From Nanobdellota archaeon (GTDB lineage: Archaea; Nanobdellota; Nanobdellia; Pacearchaeales; GW2011-AR1): a DNA stretch of 64,000 nucleotides. The translations under genes and the position numbers were made by a program. This document shows positions 37,795 to 46,914 of the stretch, piece after piece (positions within the stretch are counted from its first letter, which is position 1; every line of letters begins with the position of its first letter). The stretch lies in NCBI GenBank assembly GCA_030648155.1, contig JAUSIK010000008.1:274491-338490 (forward strand), read 5' to 3'. The notes beneath the pieces are model-generated. The model had not been told where the DNA came from, did not search any database, and saw only the letters and a program-made list of their open reading frames with translations.

Positions 37795-37921
37795 CTTATA
37801 AGTTGGCACCGCTTCCACTGCAGGTATTTTTAGATATTTTATTCTTTTCCAAATCAAATTCAAAAATATATTCTCTCATAAGATAACTACAATATGATAT
37901 TATATTAATATTCCTATTGAT

Positions 37922-38404
37922 CTACCACTCCACTTTCTTCACAGGTCTTCTCACATAAACAATTTCCTGCAATTCATAAAATTCCATGCTAGTCTCAAGT
38001 TGATCTACAAAATATCTTAATTGATAATCTTTATCAGTCTTAGGATTAAATATCTCAATAGCCATTTCTTTTGTTTTCCCATGATCAATTAAAATATAAT
38101 GAGCATCTACGCTAAATTCAACTCCATCAACCCTAACTTTATCCCCTTTTTTTAGCTGTGTGATAGGTTTTGAATTTTCAATCTGTACTTTATCAATATC
38201 AATATCTCCGCCAACTAAAACTTCTTTTAACTTTTTGACCTCTTCTTCTGCATTTCCAATGTCAATATCCAATTCATTTTCACTCTCGCCCTCTTCAGCT
38301 TCTCCATTATCCTCATCATCTAACTTTGACATTTTCTTTTCAACTTTTTTGCTAATCTTCTCTTTAACAATCGATTTTGAATTTGTTTTCTTTTTTACTG
38401 CCAT
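37922..38404 (-). CDS. Hypothetical protein with basic/acidic N-terminus and beta-rich C-domain
   Basis: 160 aa; 10-nt overlap with gatC. Confidence 0.6.
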   Translation of the reverse strand: MAVKKKTNSKSIVKEKISKKVEKKMSKLDDEDNGEAEEGESENELDIDIGNAEEEVKKLKEVLVGGDIDIDKVQIENSKPITQLKKGDKVRVDGVEFSVDAHYILIDHGKTKEMAIEIFNPKTDKDYQLRYFVDQLETSMEFYELQEIVYVRRPVKKVEW

Positions 38405-38637
38405 TTTTTGCTCTCCGCAATTATAAAATCACCATACTTCTCAGGAGCATTTGAGAAAATCCTTTCCCTAAAATCTCCATCAGCTTTTTGTCCAGACCCC
38501 TCATTTCTATATCCCCCATGAGGCTTTTTAATCTTTTCCCCTTGCACTTTAACTTTTTCCAAAGCCCTAGCGAAATTATCTAATAGTCTTTTAGCCTCTT
38601 CTCTTATTTCATTCATTTCATTTGACATAATCAACAA
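38395..38637 (-). CDS. gatC: Amidotransferase subunit C-like
   Basis: 80 aa; helical N-terminus, R.......FRERIFSNAPEKYGDFIIAE C-terminus; gatA and gatB present in the window. Confidence 0.7.
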   Translation of the reverse strand: MLIMSNEMNEIREEAKRLLDNFARALEKVKVQGEKIKKPHGGYRNEGSGQKADGDFRERIFSNAPEKYGDFIIAESKKWQ

Positions 38638-38676
38638 ACAATACTTTAATTAATAAACCTTATCGTACCTTCAAAA

Positions 38677-39132
38677 TTGAGAAAAAATTATAAATATAAA
38701 AATCATCAAAATATAATGAAAACAATAAACGAAAAATTATATTATCTAATAAAGCATGATAGAAAATATGAAATGGAAGCCTATAGATTTATATTTGATT
38801 CACTTAATTATACTTTTAAAAATATGCTTAAAATTGAAAAAAGGCATGTCACTGGAAAAGAACTATTAAATGGATGCCGTTTATATGCAATAGACCAATT
38901 TGGCTGTCTAGCTAAAACAGTTCTAAATGAAATTGGAATACATAATACTAGAGATATTGGAGAATTGGTTTATAATCTAATAAACCATAATTTACTTGGA
39001 AAGCAAGACTCAGACAAAATTGAGGATTTCAATAATATATTCAATTTCAATAGGGCATTTAATCTTAAGCCAAAATTCAAATACGATCTTGTCAAAAATA
39101 AATTTCTAACAAAATATATTCAAAAAAGATAG
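38677..39132 (+). CDS. Minf_1886-like (Verrucomicrobia/Planctomycetes-type) conserved protein
   Basis: D.KY..EAY.F, RHVTGKELL.G.R..AI.QFG.LA..VL...GI..T.DIGELVYNL, D..EDF. Confidence 0.7.
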   Translation: MRKNYKYKNHQNIMKTINEKLYYLIKHDRKYEMEAYRFIFDSLNYTFKNMLKIEKRHVTGKELLNGCRLYAIDQFGCLAKTVLNEIGIHNTRDIGELVYNLINHNLLGKQDSDKIEDFNNIFNFNRAFNLKPKFKYDLVKNKFLTKYIQKR

Positions 39133-39133
39133 T

Positions 39134-39979
39134 TTATATTCTCCCAAACTTTATCTTTCTTTTTTTGCCATTAATATCCACAATAGCATATTTTCCTTCG
39201 TGAATTGCTCCAGGGTTAACTATCTCTGTTTTTCCAAGTCTATCCTTGCCCCAAGATTCGTGTATATGGCCCCCAAATGCTAAAACTGGCTGATATTTTT
39301 CTATAATTCTTCTTACAAGTTTCGAGCCATAATGCTTTCCCTTTACACTTTTTTCAGCATCTTTCCATGTTATTTTATCTAATCGTGTATTAAATGGAAC
39401 GTTATGAGAGACGAAAATAACCTTTCCTTTTTTATTTTCTTTTTTAAATTTTATAAATAATTCATCTAGCTTTCTTTTGCTCTTCCTATAGGCCTTGCTC
39501 TTTACATCTCCAGGCGAGCTCCCTCCAGATGCCCCAATAAAAGTATAATCATTAAACTTAAAAAATGAATAATCAAATCGACTAATATTTTTATATTTTA
39601 GAATAATTTTAGAAAAAAAGTCCTGATCATCCCATTTCCAATTCCTTTTAGAGTTTTTAAAATCATACTGATCATTCCCCCTTGAATAATCTACATTTCC
39701 TACAACAGTTATTGCAGGCACCCCCATATCATTCAATTTCTTTAATGCCCGCTCCCCCATTTTCAAATCCTTAATAACTAATTCTTTATACTTTTTCTTC
39801 CCAATTATTTCCCAAAGTTCTCTTTCTTTTCTATAACTGTACTTAAACCACAACCTCCTATAATGAAATGGAAAGTAATCTCCATTAGAAACAACCAGTT
39901 CAATCTTCTCTTTCTTTATCAATTTTATAAGCCTTTCAGGAAAATCTCCGTGAAAATCTCCAATTACCAAAAATCTCAT
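39134..39979 (-). CDS. Calcineurin-like metallophosphoesterase
   Basis: IGDFHG, NGDY, GNVD, SHNVP, GHIHE. Confidence 0.88.
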   Translation of the reverse strand: MRFLVIGDFHGDFPERLIKLIKKEKIELVVSNGDYFPFHYRRLWFKYSYRKERELWEIIGKKKYKELVIKDLKMGERALKKLNDMGVPAITVVGNVDYSRGNDQYDFKNSKRNWKWDDQDFFSKIILKYKNISRFDYSFFKFNDYTFIGASGGSSPGDVKSKAYRKSKRKLDELFIKFKKENKKGKVIFVSHNVPFNTRLDKITWKDAEKSVKGKHYGSKLVRRIIEKYQPVLAFGGHIHESWGKDRLGKTEIVNPGAIHEGKYAIVDINGKKRKIKFGRI

Positions 39980-40078
39980 ATTTAGAAAAGTAAAATTTAG
40001 TTAATAAACATTCCTCAAATATTTATCTACCCAAGTGAAGAAAAATTTAAAAACTCCCTTTCATTTTCTTCATAGAAA

Positions 40079-40390
40079 ATGTCACACCCGATACGAAACC
40101 TAAGAATACTTACGACTAAAGTAAAAACAGCTAGAGATACGTTAGAAAGACGTACTCTTACATATAAAAAAGATGATGAGGATAAAGTTCCAAGATTAAT
40201 ACTAAACAGTCCCTTTGAAAATCGCCCACTAGCTCATTATAAACCAATCACCAATACCTATCGGCCAGAAGCTATACAAGAAATGTTTCTTCCTTTAGAA
40301 AGAGAGTTAAATGGCCAAAAACATTCAGATGTTCAATTTAGGCAAAAACTAGATAATGAATTATCAAATTATGGCTGGGTAAAATATTAA
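40079..40390 (+). CDS. Hypothetical protein
   Basis: 103-aa ORF with upstream TATA-like TTTAAAA. Confidence 0.45.
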   Translation: MSHPIRNLRILTTKVKTARDTLERRTLTYKKDDEDKVPRLILNSPFENRPLAHYKPITNTYRPEAIQEMFLPLERELNGQKHSDVQFRQKLDNELSNYGWVKY

Positions 40391-40407
40391 TTTTGCACTA
40401 AAATATT

Positions 40408-41718
40408 TTAAGGAGTTAATCTATCTCTATCTCTTGGAAACATCACTGCTTCTCGAATATTATTAAGCTCTAGCATTACCATAGTAAGTCTCTCTACACC
40501 CATTCCAAAACCAGCATGGGGGGGAGCCCCATATCTAAATGAGTCAATATAACTTGTAAAATCTTTTGGATTGAGTCCTTTAGCCTTTAATCTTTCAGTT
40601 AATAATTCAGGCAAATGTATTCTTTGTCCGCCTGATGAAATTTCCATTCCTTTGTAAATCGCATCAAAGCCGCAGCTTAAATCCTTTCCCTTAGGCATAA
40701 TATAAAATGTTTTTCCTTCTAATGGCCAATCATGAACAAATACAATAACATCTGGAAATAATTCTCCTAATTTCTTCTCGCCCTCGCCAGTTAAATCATT
40801 CGGAGAAGTTTCAACTTTATGTTTTTTCAACAATTCATTTGCTTCCTTAAAAGTCATGTATTTAGTAGTAGGTACTTTCAACTTAATCCCAAGTAATTCT
40901 AGTTCCTTAGAATTTTTTTCAATAATCTTCTTAACAGCGAATTGCAATGACCTTGCCAAATAATCCATTGCAACAAATTCATCTGCAAAAGCCATTTCAA
41001 AATCAAATTGTCTTGACTCATTCAAGTGCCTTATAGTATTATGCTTTTCAGCTCTCCATACTGTAAAAACTGCGAAAACTTTTTCCATAGCGCATGCAAC
41101 CATTTGTTTGTATAATTGACAGCTTTGGCTCAAATAAACTTCTTTCTCAAAATATTTTGCTTTGAATAGTTCAGTTCCCCCTTCGCTGCTGCTTCCAATA
41201 ATTGAAGGGAAATTTGCCTCAATTGCTCCCTCTCCAACCATAAATTCTCGATAACCCTGCATTAATGTACTTTGAATTCTAAAAATAGCTTGCGTTCTCT
41301 TTCTATGCAAGTCCAAAAATCGATAATCTAATCTTTTCGGTAATTCGGTCTTTGAAAAATCTGATACATCAATAGGCAATGGATGTTCCGCTTTACTCAA
41401 TATATCAATTTCACTTGGAAATAATTCTCTCCCCCCAGGAGCTTTTGGACTTTTCTTAACTATTCCCTTAATCACTACAGCACTTTCTCTAGAAATACCG
41501 CCCATTAACTTAAATATTTTCTCTTCAGTCTCACCTTTTACTCCAGTAACTTGAAGTTCTCCGCTTACGTCCCTTAAAACAATGAATCTCACCTTCCCTA
41601 GATCCCTATCATCATAAACCCATCCAGCAACAGTTACTTTTTTGCCCTCATCACTTAATGTAACATCAGAAACATATTTTCTTTCCTTGCTTAGTTTACC
41701 TAGATCCATATGAATCAA
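40408..41718 (-). CDS. aspS: Aspartate-tRNA ligase, archaeal type, probably non-discriminating
   Basis: OB domain VAGWVYDDRDLG, KAPGG (Pro typical of ND enzymes), LSQSCQLYKQ, WRAEKH, YGAPPHAGFGMGVERL. Confidence 0.95.
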   Translation of the reverse strand: MIHMDLGKLSKERKYVSDVTLSDEGKKVTVAGWVYDDRDLGKVRFIVLRDVSGELQVTGVKGETEEKIFKLMGGISRESAVVIKGIVKKSPKAPGGRELFPSEIDILSKAEHPLPIDVSDFSKTELPKRLDYRFLDLHRKRTQAIFRIQSTLMQGYREFMVGEGAIEANFPSIIGSSSEGGTELFKAKYFEKEVYLSQSCQLYKQMVACAMEKVFAVFTVWRAEKHNTIRHLNESRQFDFEMAFADEFVAMDYLARSLQFAVKKIIEKNSKELELLGIKLKVPTTKYMTFKEANELLKKHKVETSPNDLTGEGEKKLGELFPDVIVFVHDWPLEGKTFYIMPKGKDLSCGFDAIYKGMEISSGGQRIHLPELLTERLKAKGLNPKDFTSYIDSFRYGAPPHAGFGMGVERLTMVMLELNNIREAVMFPRDRDRLTP

Positions 41719-41811
41719 AGAAAATCTCTCTTTTTAACCTTTTTGATTATTGTTTTAATCAAGAAATTATACCCAGAAAACTTTATATACTATAGCCTAT
41801 TATAGTAAACT

Positions 41812-42036
41812 ATGGCTACAACTATTCAAATAAGCGAAAAACTACAAGAAGCACTTTCTAAAAGGAAGCTCTATGAAAAAGAAACCTATGAAGAAATAAT
41901 CTGGGATTTAATAGAAGATTCACTAGAAATTTCAGAAGAATCCAAAAGGAATATAACCAAATCCGAAAAAGAAATAAAAGAAGGCAAAATACACAAGTGG
42001 GAAGATATTAAAAAAGAGCTGAAAATAAATGTATGA
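41812..42036 (+). CDS. Antitoxin (RHH/RelB-like)
   Basis: MATTIQISEKL...ETYEEIIWDLIE; ACTATA-N6-TATAGT inverted repeat upstream (41789-41806). Confidence 0.75.
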   Translation: MATTIQISEKLQEALSKRKLYEKETYEEIIWDLIEDSLEISEESKRNITKSEKEIKEGKIHKWEDIKKELKINV

Positions 42037-42277
42037 ATTAATCATTACAAACACAGCAAAAGAGCAATTAAAAAACGTTCCTAATAATATTAAAGAAAAT
42101 ATAGGCAGGGCATTAGAAAGAATTAAAATCAGGCCTTTTAAATTTGTAAAAAGATTAACCAATAGTAAATATTATAGGTTGAGAGTAGGATTTTATAGGG
42201 TTATTCTCGATATTCATACCTCTGCCTTAATTATTTATGTAATAGAGTTAGGACATAGAAGTGATATCTATAAATAA
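42029..42277 (+). CDS. RelE/ParE-family toxin
   Basis: MYELIITNTAKEQL...YYRLRVGFYRVI...VIELGHRSDIY. Confidence 0.88.
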   Translation: MYELIITNTAKEQLKNVPNNIKENIGRALERIKIRPFKFVKRLTNSKYYRLRVGFYRVILDIHTSALIIYVIELGHRSDIYK

Positions 42278-42319
42278 ATTAAACATAACCTTTATCAACT
42301 TTCCTGCGTCTAAAAAATA

Positions 42320-43579
42320 ATGCCTAAAAAAAATTCCCCAATTCAATTTCAAATCCTTGCTAAAGATAAAAAATCGAGAGCAAGAGCAGGTATAATTCAC
42401 ACTCGAAATGGAATTATAGAAACACCATATCTTATTCCAGTTGCAACAAAAGGTGAAATAAAATCGCTCTCCCCTGCAGATATAAAAAAAATAAATCCTC
42501 AAGCTTTACTAGCTAATACTTATCACCTGCATTTTAATCCTGGTGATAAAAAAATAAAAAAAATTGGCGGTTTGCATAAGTTTATGCATTTTTCTAAACC
42601 CATATTTACAGATTCAGGAGGTTTTCAGGCCTTTTCTCTAGGAGAAGCTAAACTCTTTGGAGTTAACAAATTAGGGAAAAATAAAGAAAAAATCACTTCT
42701 GAAAAAGTTTCTCTTCTTACAAAAATTACAGAAAAGGGAGTATCATTTAAATCAATTTATGATAACAAGTGGTATTTTTTAGATGCTAAAAAATCAATGC
42801 AAATACAATCTAATCTTGGAAGTGATATAATAATGGCATTTGATGAGTGTACTGCTGCAAATAAATCAATTTCACAGCAAGGAAAATCTCTAGAAAGAAC
42901 AAATAAATGGGCGCTACAATCTCTAAAATATCATGACAAAAATCAAGCCCTATATGGAATAATTCAGGGAGGTCAATTTAAAAAGTTAAGACTAAAAAGT
43001 ACAAAATTTATTTCTAAACTTCCTTTTGATGGAATAGCAATAGGGGGAAGTTTTGGAACATCCTACGGAGATTCTAAAAAATCTATGAATCAAATCCTAA
43101 AGTGGATAATGCAAGAACTTCAAAAAAATCAGGAAAGTTATAATAAACCAAGGCATATGCTAGGCATTGGCTGGATAGATGATTTATTCAATTGTATTGA
43201 GCAAGGCATAGATACTTTTGATTGCGTCGAAATGACAAGAATCGCAAGACACGGAAATCTCTATATCTCTCCAAAATCAGGAGGCTCATTAAAAAATAAA
43301 TTCAGACTAAATATACAAAAAACAAAATTTGAATCAGATAAAAAACCAATAGATCCTTTATGCACCTGTCCAACTTGTAAAAAATACTCAAGATCAGAAA
43401 TAAGAAAAATTTACAAAAAAATGACACAAAACAAACAAGATGAAAAAACAAAAAATAAATATGGCAAACTAGCAACAACTCATAATATACATTTCATGTT
43501 AAACCTAGTAAAGCAAATCAGAGAATCCATAAAAGCCAACACCTTTCATAAATTGAAAAAACAATGGCTTAAAAATTAA
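42320..43579 (+). CDS. tgt: Bacterial-type tRNA-guanine transglycosylase
   Basis: LANTYHL, FTDSGGFQ, MAFDECT, GIIQGG, HMLGIG, DTFDC, CTCPTC..H zinc site; no PUA domain. Confidence 0.93.
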   Translation: MPKKNSPIQFQILAKDKKSRARAGIIHTRNGIIETPYLIPVATKGEIKSLSPADIKKINPQALLANTYHLHFNPGDKKIKKIGGLHKFMHFSKPIFTDSGGFQAFSLGEAKLFGVNKLGKNKEKITSEKVSLLTKITEKGVSFKSIYDNKWYFLDAKKSMQIQSNLGSDIIMAFDECTAANKSISQQGKSLERTNKWALQSLKYHDKNQALYGIIQGGQFKKLRLKSTKFISKLPFDGIAIGGSFGTSYGDSKKSMNQILKWIMQELQKNQESYNKPRHMLGIGWIDDLFNCIEQGIDTFDCVEMTRIARHGNLYISPKSGGSLKNKFRLNIQKTKFESDKKPIDPLCTCPTCKKYSRSEIRKIYKKMTQNKQDEKTKNKYGKLATTHNIHFMLNLVKQIRESIKANTFHKLKKQWLKN

Positions 43580-43975
43580 TTACCAAACCTCAATTTTAAC
43601 ATCTATATTCTTGAAATCATTTTTATCTCTTGTTATCAAAATCATATTGTGCGCCTTTGCGATAGAGGCTATCATTAGATCTAATTCTTGAGGCGTTTTT
43701 CCTAACTTAGATAATCGGCCATATTCCTTTCCAAATAACAAAGAGGCATTCGTATTGAAATCTAAACTATCCAGAGATTCTGTTAAAAATTTTATCTTAG
43801 ATAGAATATTTTCAATATTTGCTTTTGCAAGATAAGCACCCTTATACAATTCGCAAAGAACAACGGTATTAATAAAAAGCCCTGCGTTTTTAGACTTCAT
43901 ACTCTGAATTTTTTTAATAACTGCAGGTTCTCCTCTTAAAAAATCAATAATAATATTAGTATCAAGGCAATACAT
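43580..43975 (-). CDS. PIN-domain toxin (VapC)
   Basis: CLDTNIIIDFLRG, VLCELY, DLMIASIA, LITRD..DF. Confidence 0.9.
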   Translation of the reverse strand: MYCLDTNIIIDFLRGEPAVIKKIQSMKSKNAGLFINTVVLCELYKGAYLAKANIENILSKIKFLTESLDSLDFNTNASLLFGKEYGRLSKLGKTPQELDLMIASIAKAHNMILITRDKNDFKNIDVKIEVW

Positions 43976-44199
43976 TAAAACTTAACCTCTCTTAACTTAA
44001 ACTTTTTTCTATCCATATATATTTTTTTCTTTATTTCTTCCCATTCATCCGCGCTGTCTTTAAATGCTCCAGCCAACTCCATAATGTCTTTCTTTTTGCC
44101 ATTAGTAAGTTCCATAACCAACTCTGAAAAAGATCCTTCTCTCTTTAATGCTTTAAGCTTCTCATATGCTTCATTAGATAAAGATATCACTTTAACCAT
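43975..44199 (-). CDS. VapB antitoxin (UPF0330/DUF217-like)
   Basis: KVISLSNEAYEKLKALKREGSFSELVMEL. Confidence 0.85.
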   Translation of the reverse strand: MVKVISLSNEAYEKLKALKREGSFSELVMELTNGKKKDIMELAGAFKDSADEWEEIKKKIYMDRKKFKLREVKF

Positions 44200-44223
44200 A
44201 TATGCATATGCATATGCATATAT
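44198..44223. promoter_or_regulatory. 26-bp perfect palindrome (GCATAT x3), putative vapBC operator
   Basis: ATATATGCATATGCATATGCATATAT, between the minus-strand TATA (44221-44228) and the start codon. Confidence 0.6.
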
Positions 44224-44239
44224 ATAAACCTTTCTTCGC

Positions 44240-44416
44240 CTAAGTTTTTATTATAATAAATAGAAAAAAATAAAAACATAATGCAACTAATAAAAGAGCA
44301 TGGTCTGATCGGAAAATCCGAAAGGAGAGTACTAAGGAGACGATTATATAGAAATGTATAATTAGGGCCTTTAGGATTGAGTCCACACTCCCAATCAATT
44401 CTGCAATAATAAGCAT
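44240..44416 (-). CDS. Possible 58-aa hydrophobic protein downstream of gatE (not in ORF track)
   Basis: MLIIAELIGSVDSILKALIIHFYIIVSLVLSFRIFRSDHALLLVALCFYFFLFIIIKT*; starts 3 nt after the gatE stop. Confidence 0.3.
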   Translation of the reverse strand: MLIIAELIGSVDSILKALIIHFYIIVSLVLSFRIFRSDHALLLVALCFYFFLFIIIKT

Positions 44417-44419
44417 AAT

Positions 44420-45877
44420 TTATTTATTCACAATCCTATTCAAAATTTCCATCGCTTTTCTTTTATCAATATTCTTTCCCATTTTCCCAATTATCATCCC
44501 CATATAAGCATTAGCCCCCAATCCTGGTTTTTCTTTTACAATTTTAATAATTTCACCCTCTAATGCATCATCCCCAACTTTATCAATTTTTAAAGCTTTT
44601 TCAATATCCTTCCCCCCCGCAACTTCCCAAAGAACATTTTTAACATCCCCCTCGCTTAATTTTCCTTCTGCAACCCTCTCCAAAACCTTCTCCAAAATTC
44701 TTTCACTTAATATTTCCTTTAATTCTTCAAAGCTTTTTTTAAGTCTAGTTGCAAATTCCTGTCTCCATAATACAACCATCTTAGCAACTAAATTTGCGTC
44801 CTTATTATATACTTTAATTAAAGTCTCAAACTCGTCTAAATTATTTGAGTTATCCAAAATCAATTTCATCAGTTCATCATTCAGGCCTATTTTCTTTAAT
44901 TCGTCCCTAATTTCATGCTTTAATTTAGGTAAATTTTTCTTGACAGCATTTATCCTATCTCTATTAATTTTCAGTAATGGTAAATCAGTTTCAGGATACA
45001 TTCTTGCTCCACCAGGCATTGGCCTTAAAAATTCAGTAGTTCCATCCTCCTTAGAATTTCTTACCTCCCCATTTTTCCTCTTATTTTTTAGGTCATCAAT
45101 TTGCCTTTGTACTTCTAGTTCAACTGTTTTAATCATAATTCTAGGATCCTGAAAACCTTTAATTTCCACTCTATCATGCCCCTTAATTGAAACATTCAGA
45201 TCTTGCCTAATTGTTCCAATTCCTCTTCTAACTTTGCAAACCCTTAAAATTTCTCCAAGTTTTAAGGCACAATCTTTAATTTGTTCAGCATTATATAATT
45301 GGGCTTTAGTAGAAATCTCCACTAAAGGAATTCCTAATCTGTCTAATCTAAAAACCACTTCTTTTCCTTTCTTATCACCTATAAGTCTTGCAGAATCCTC
45401 TTCTACCGCAACCATGGCTATACCAACTTTTCCAAAATTCATTTCAAGAAATCCATCATGTCCAATAAGTAAAGTTCTCTGAAAGCCAGAAGTATTGCTC
45501 CCGTCAATTACAGTCTTTCTCATTATTTGAGTTGCTGGATAAATTTCACAATTTAAAAGTAATGCTATTTTCAAAACCTCATCTAGAGCCCTCTCATCTA
45601 TCATCTTAGGAGGCTCTTCATCTACTTCGATTAAGCATGTAGTATCATTATACCCTTGATAAATAAAATCTTTTTTTAAATTAGCCTCATATTGAACAGC
45701 CATGTCAACCTCTCCAGTTTCACCAGCAACTGCATGCAGTTTTCTTCTTACAAGAAAATCAGGCCCATCATTTCTTAAAAAAGCAGGGCATCTGCAAAAT
45801 AATTTCCCCCCAACATCAAGTTGTTGATGTATTTCGAGCCCAGCCTTAACTCCAAGTTTAGTATAATCAATAACCAT
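44420..45877 (-). CDS. gatE: Glu-tRNA(Gln) amidotransferase subunit E, short form
   Basis: KAGLEIHQQL, VAVEEDSAR, RLDRLGIPLVEI, RRGIGTIRQD, RPMPGGARMYPETDLP. Confidence 0.93.
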   Translation of the reverse strand: MVIDYTKLGVKAGLEIHQQLDVGGKLFCRCPAFLRNDGPDFLVRRKLHAVAGETGEVDMAVQYEANLKKDFIYQGYNDTTCLIEVDEEPPKMIDERALDEVLKIALLLNCEIYPATQIMRKTVIDGSNTSGFQRTLLIGHDGFLEMNFGKVGIAMVAVEEDSARLIGDKKGKEVVFRLDRLGIPLVEISTKAQLYNAEQIKDCALKLGEILRVCKVRRGIGTIRQDLNVSIKGHDRVEIKGFQDPRIMIKTVELEVQRQIDDLKNKRKNGEVRNSKEDGTTEFLRPMPGGARMYPETDLPLLKINRDRINAVKKNLPKLKHEIRDELKKIGLNDELMKLILDNSNNLDEFETLIKVYNKDANLVAKMVVLWRQEFATRLKKSFEELKEILSERILEKVLERVAEGKLSEGDVKNVLWEVAGGKDIEKALKIDKVGDDALEGEIIKIVKEKPGLGANAYMGMIIGKMGKNIDKRKAMEILNRIVNK

Positions 45878-45917
45878 ATCAATCTAAAAAATTAAGAGTT
45901 ATTAAAATTATCTAAAA

Positions 45918-46823
45918 CTATTTACTTCTATATTTTCTTCTAGTTAAACCATATAACTTTTCAGTTTCTTCTCTCAACACATCTCTTATCTTCAAAGCCA
46001 AAAAGTTATAAAAATCATGTTGTTCAGGAGCCATTTTTGCTTTTGTCAAGCTTATAGCAACCCCTTTATAATATTCTCTTTCCTTTTCAGTAACATTATC
46101 CTTCTTAAAAAAATCATATAATGATTGCAATTTATCAAGTTGTTCCGCTGAAAGATTTCCTTCAGCAATTTTATAACTATTCACTGCATTATCCAAAAGA
46201 TGTATATATTCTAATCTCTCACTTAATTTAATGATAGATGGAAAAAATCCTCCATTTTCTAGTATTATGTTTTGTACTTCTCTGGCAGTTCTTCCATTCC
46301 CATCTAAAAAAGGATGAATTCTTGCTACATGAAAATGAGCATGTGAGGCCCGTTCAATAATATTATCTAAAGAGTTATTTTCAAATAAAAATAAATCCAT
46401 TTCTCTTTCTAATTTTTCCTCGGAAGGGGGACTCCACATTGCTCCACTAATTCTAACTTTTTCGGTTCTATATCCATTATTATTAATGGTAGGTTCCATT
46501 TTTCTTCCCATTTCTTCAATAAATTCCCTTGTCAATTCACCCTGATAATAATTTAACCCATACTCCATAGCTTTTTCTAAATTTTTTTGCGACCTTTTTT
46601 GTTCGAAAGATTTTCTTTTTCTTCCTTGAGTAGTGCTTGTATTATACCCTTCAAGCTCCAGGCTTACAGAATGCTTATTTGCCTCTTTCCTTAATGCTTT
46701 CTTTTTTCCGTTGGAATAATGCAAGTGATATTCAGGATTTCTTTCTAAAATCTGTTTCTTTCTAAGAATCTCTCTAAATATGCCTTTACTTATTAAGCTA
46801 AAACTTCCTTTTGCCATTCTCAT
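45918..46823 (-). CDS. Fic-domain protein (class II-like)
   Basis: HPFLDGNGRTAR catalytic motif; N-terminal SLELEG fits the (S/T)xxxE(G/N) inhibitory motif. Confidence 0.88.
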   Translation of the reverse strand: MRMAKGSFSLISKGIFREILRKKQILERNPEYHLHYSNGKKKALRKEANKHSVSLELEGYNTSTTQGRKRKSFEQKRSQKNLEKAMEYGLNYYQGELTREFIEEMGRKMEPTINNNGYRTEKVRISGAMWSPPSEEKLEREMDLFLFENNSLDNIIERASHAHFHVARIHPFLDGNGRTAREVQNIILENGGFFPSIIKLSERLEYIHLLDNAVNSYKIAEGNLSAEQLDKLQSLYDFFKKDNVTEKEREYYKGVAISLTKAKMAPEQHDFYNFLALKIRDVLREETEKLYGLTRRKYRSK

Positions 46824-46914
46824 TCTATCTTTTATCTCTATTTAAACCTTTCTTTCTGCAACTCCTATCTAGTTACAACAATATCCCTGCGTTGAGCATA
46901 AACCTTTTAACTCC

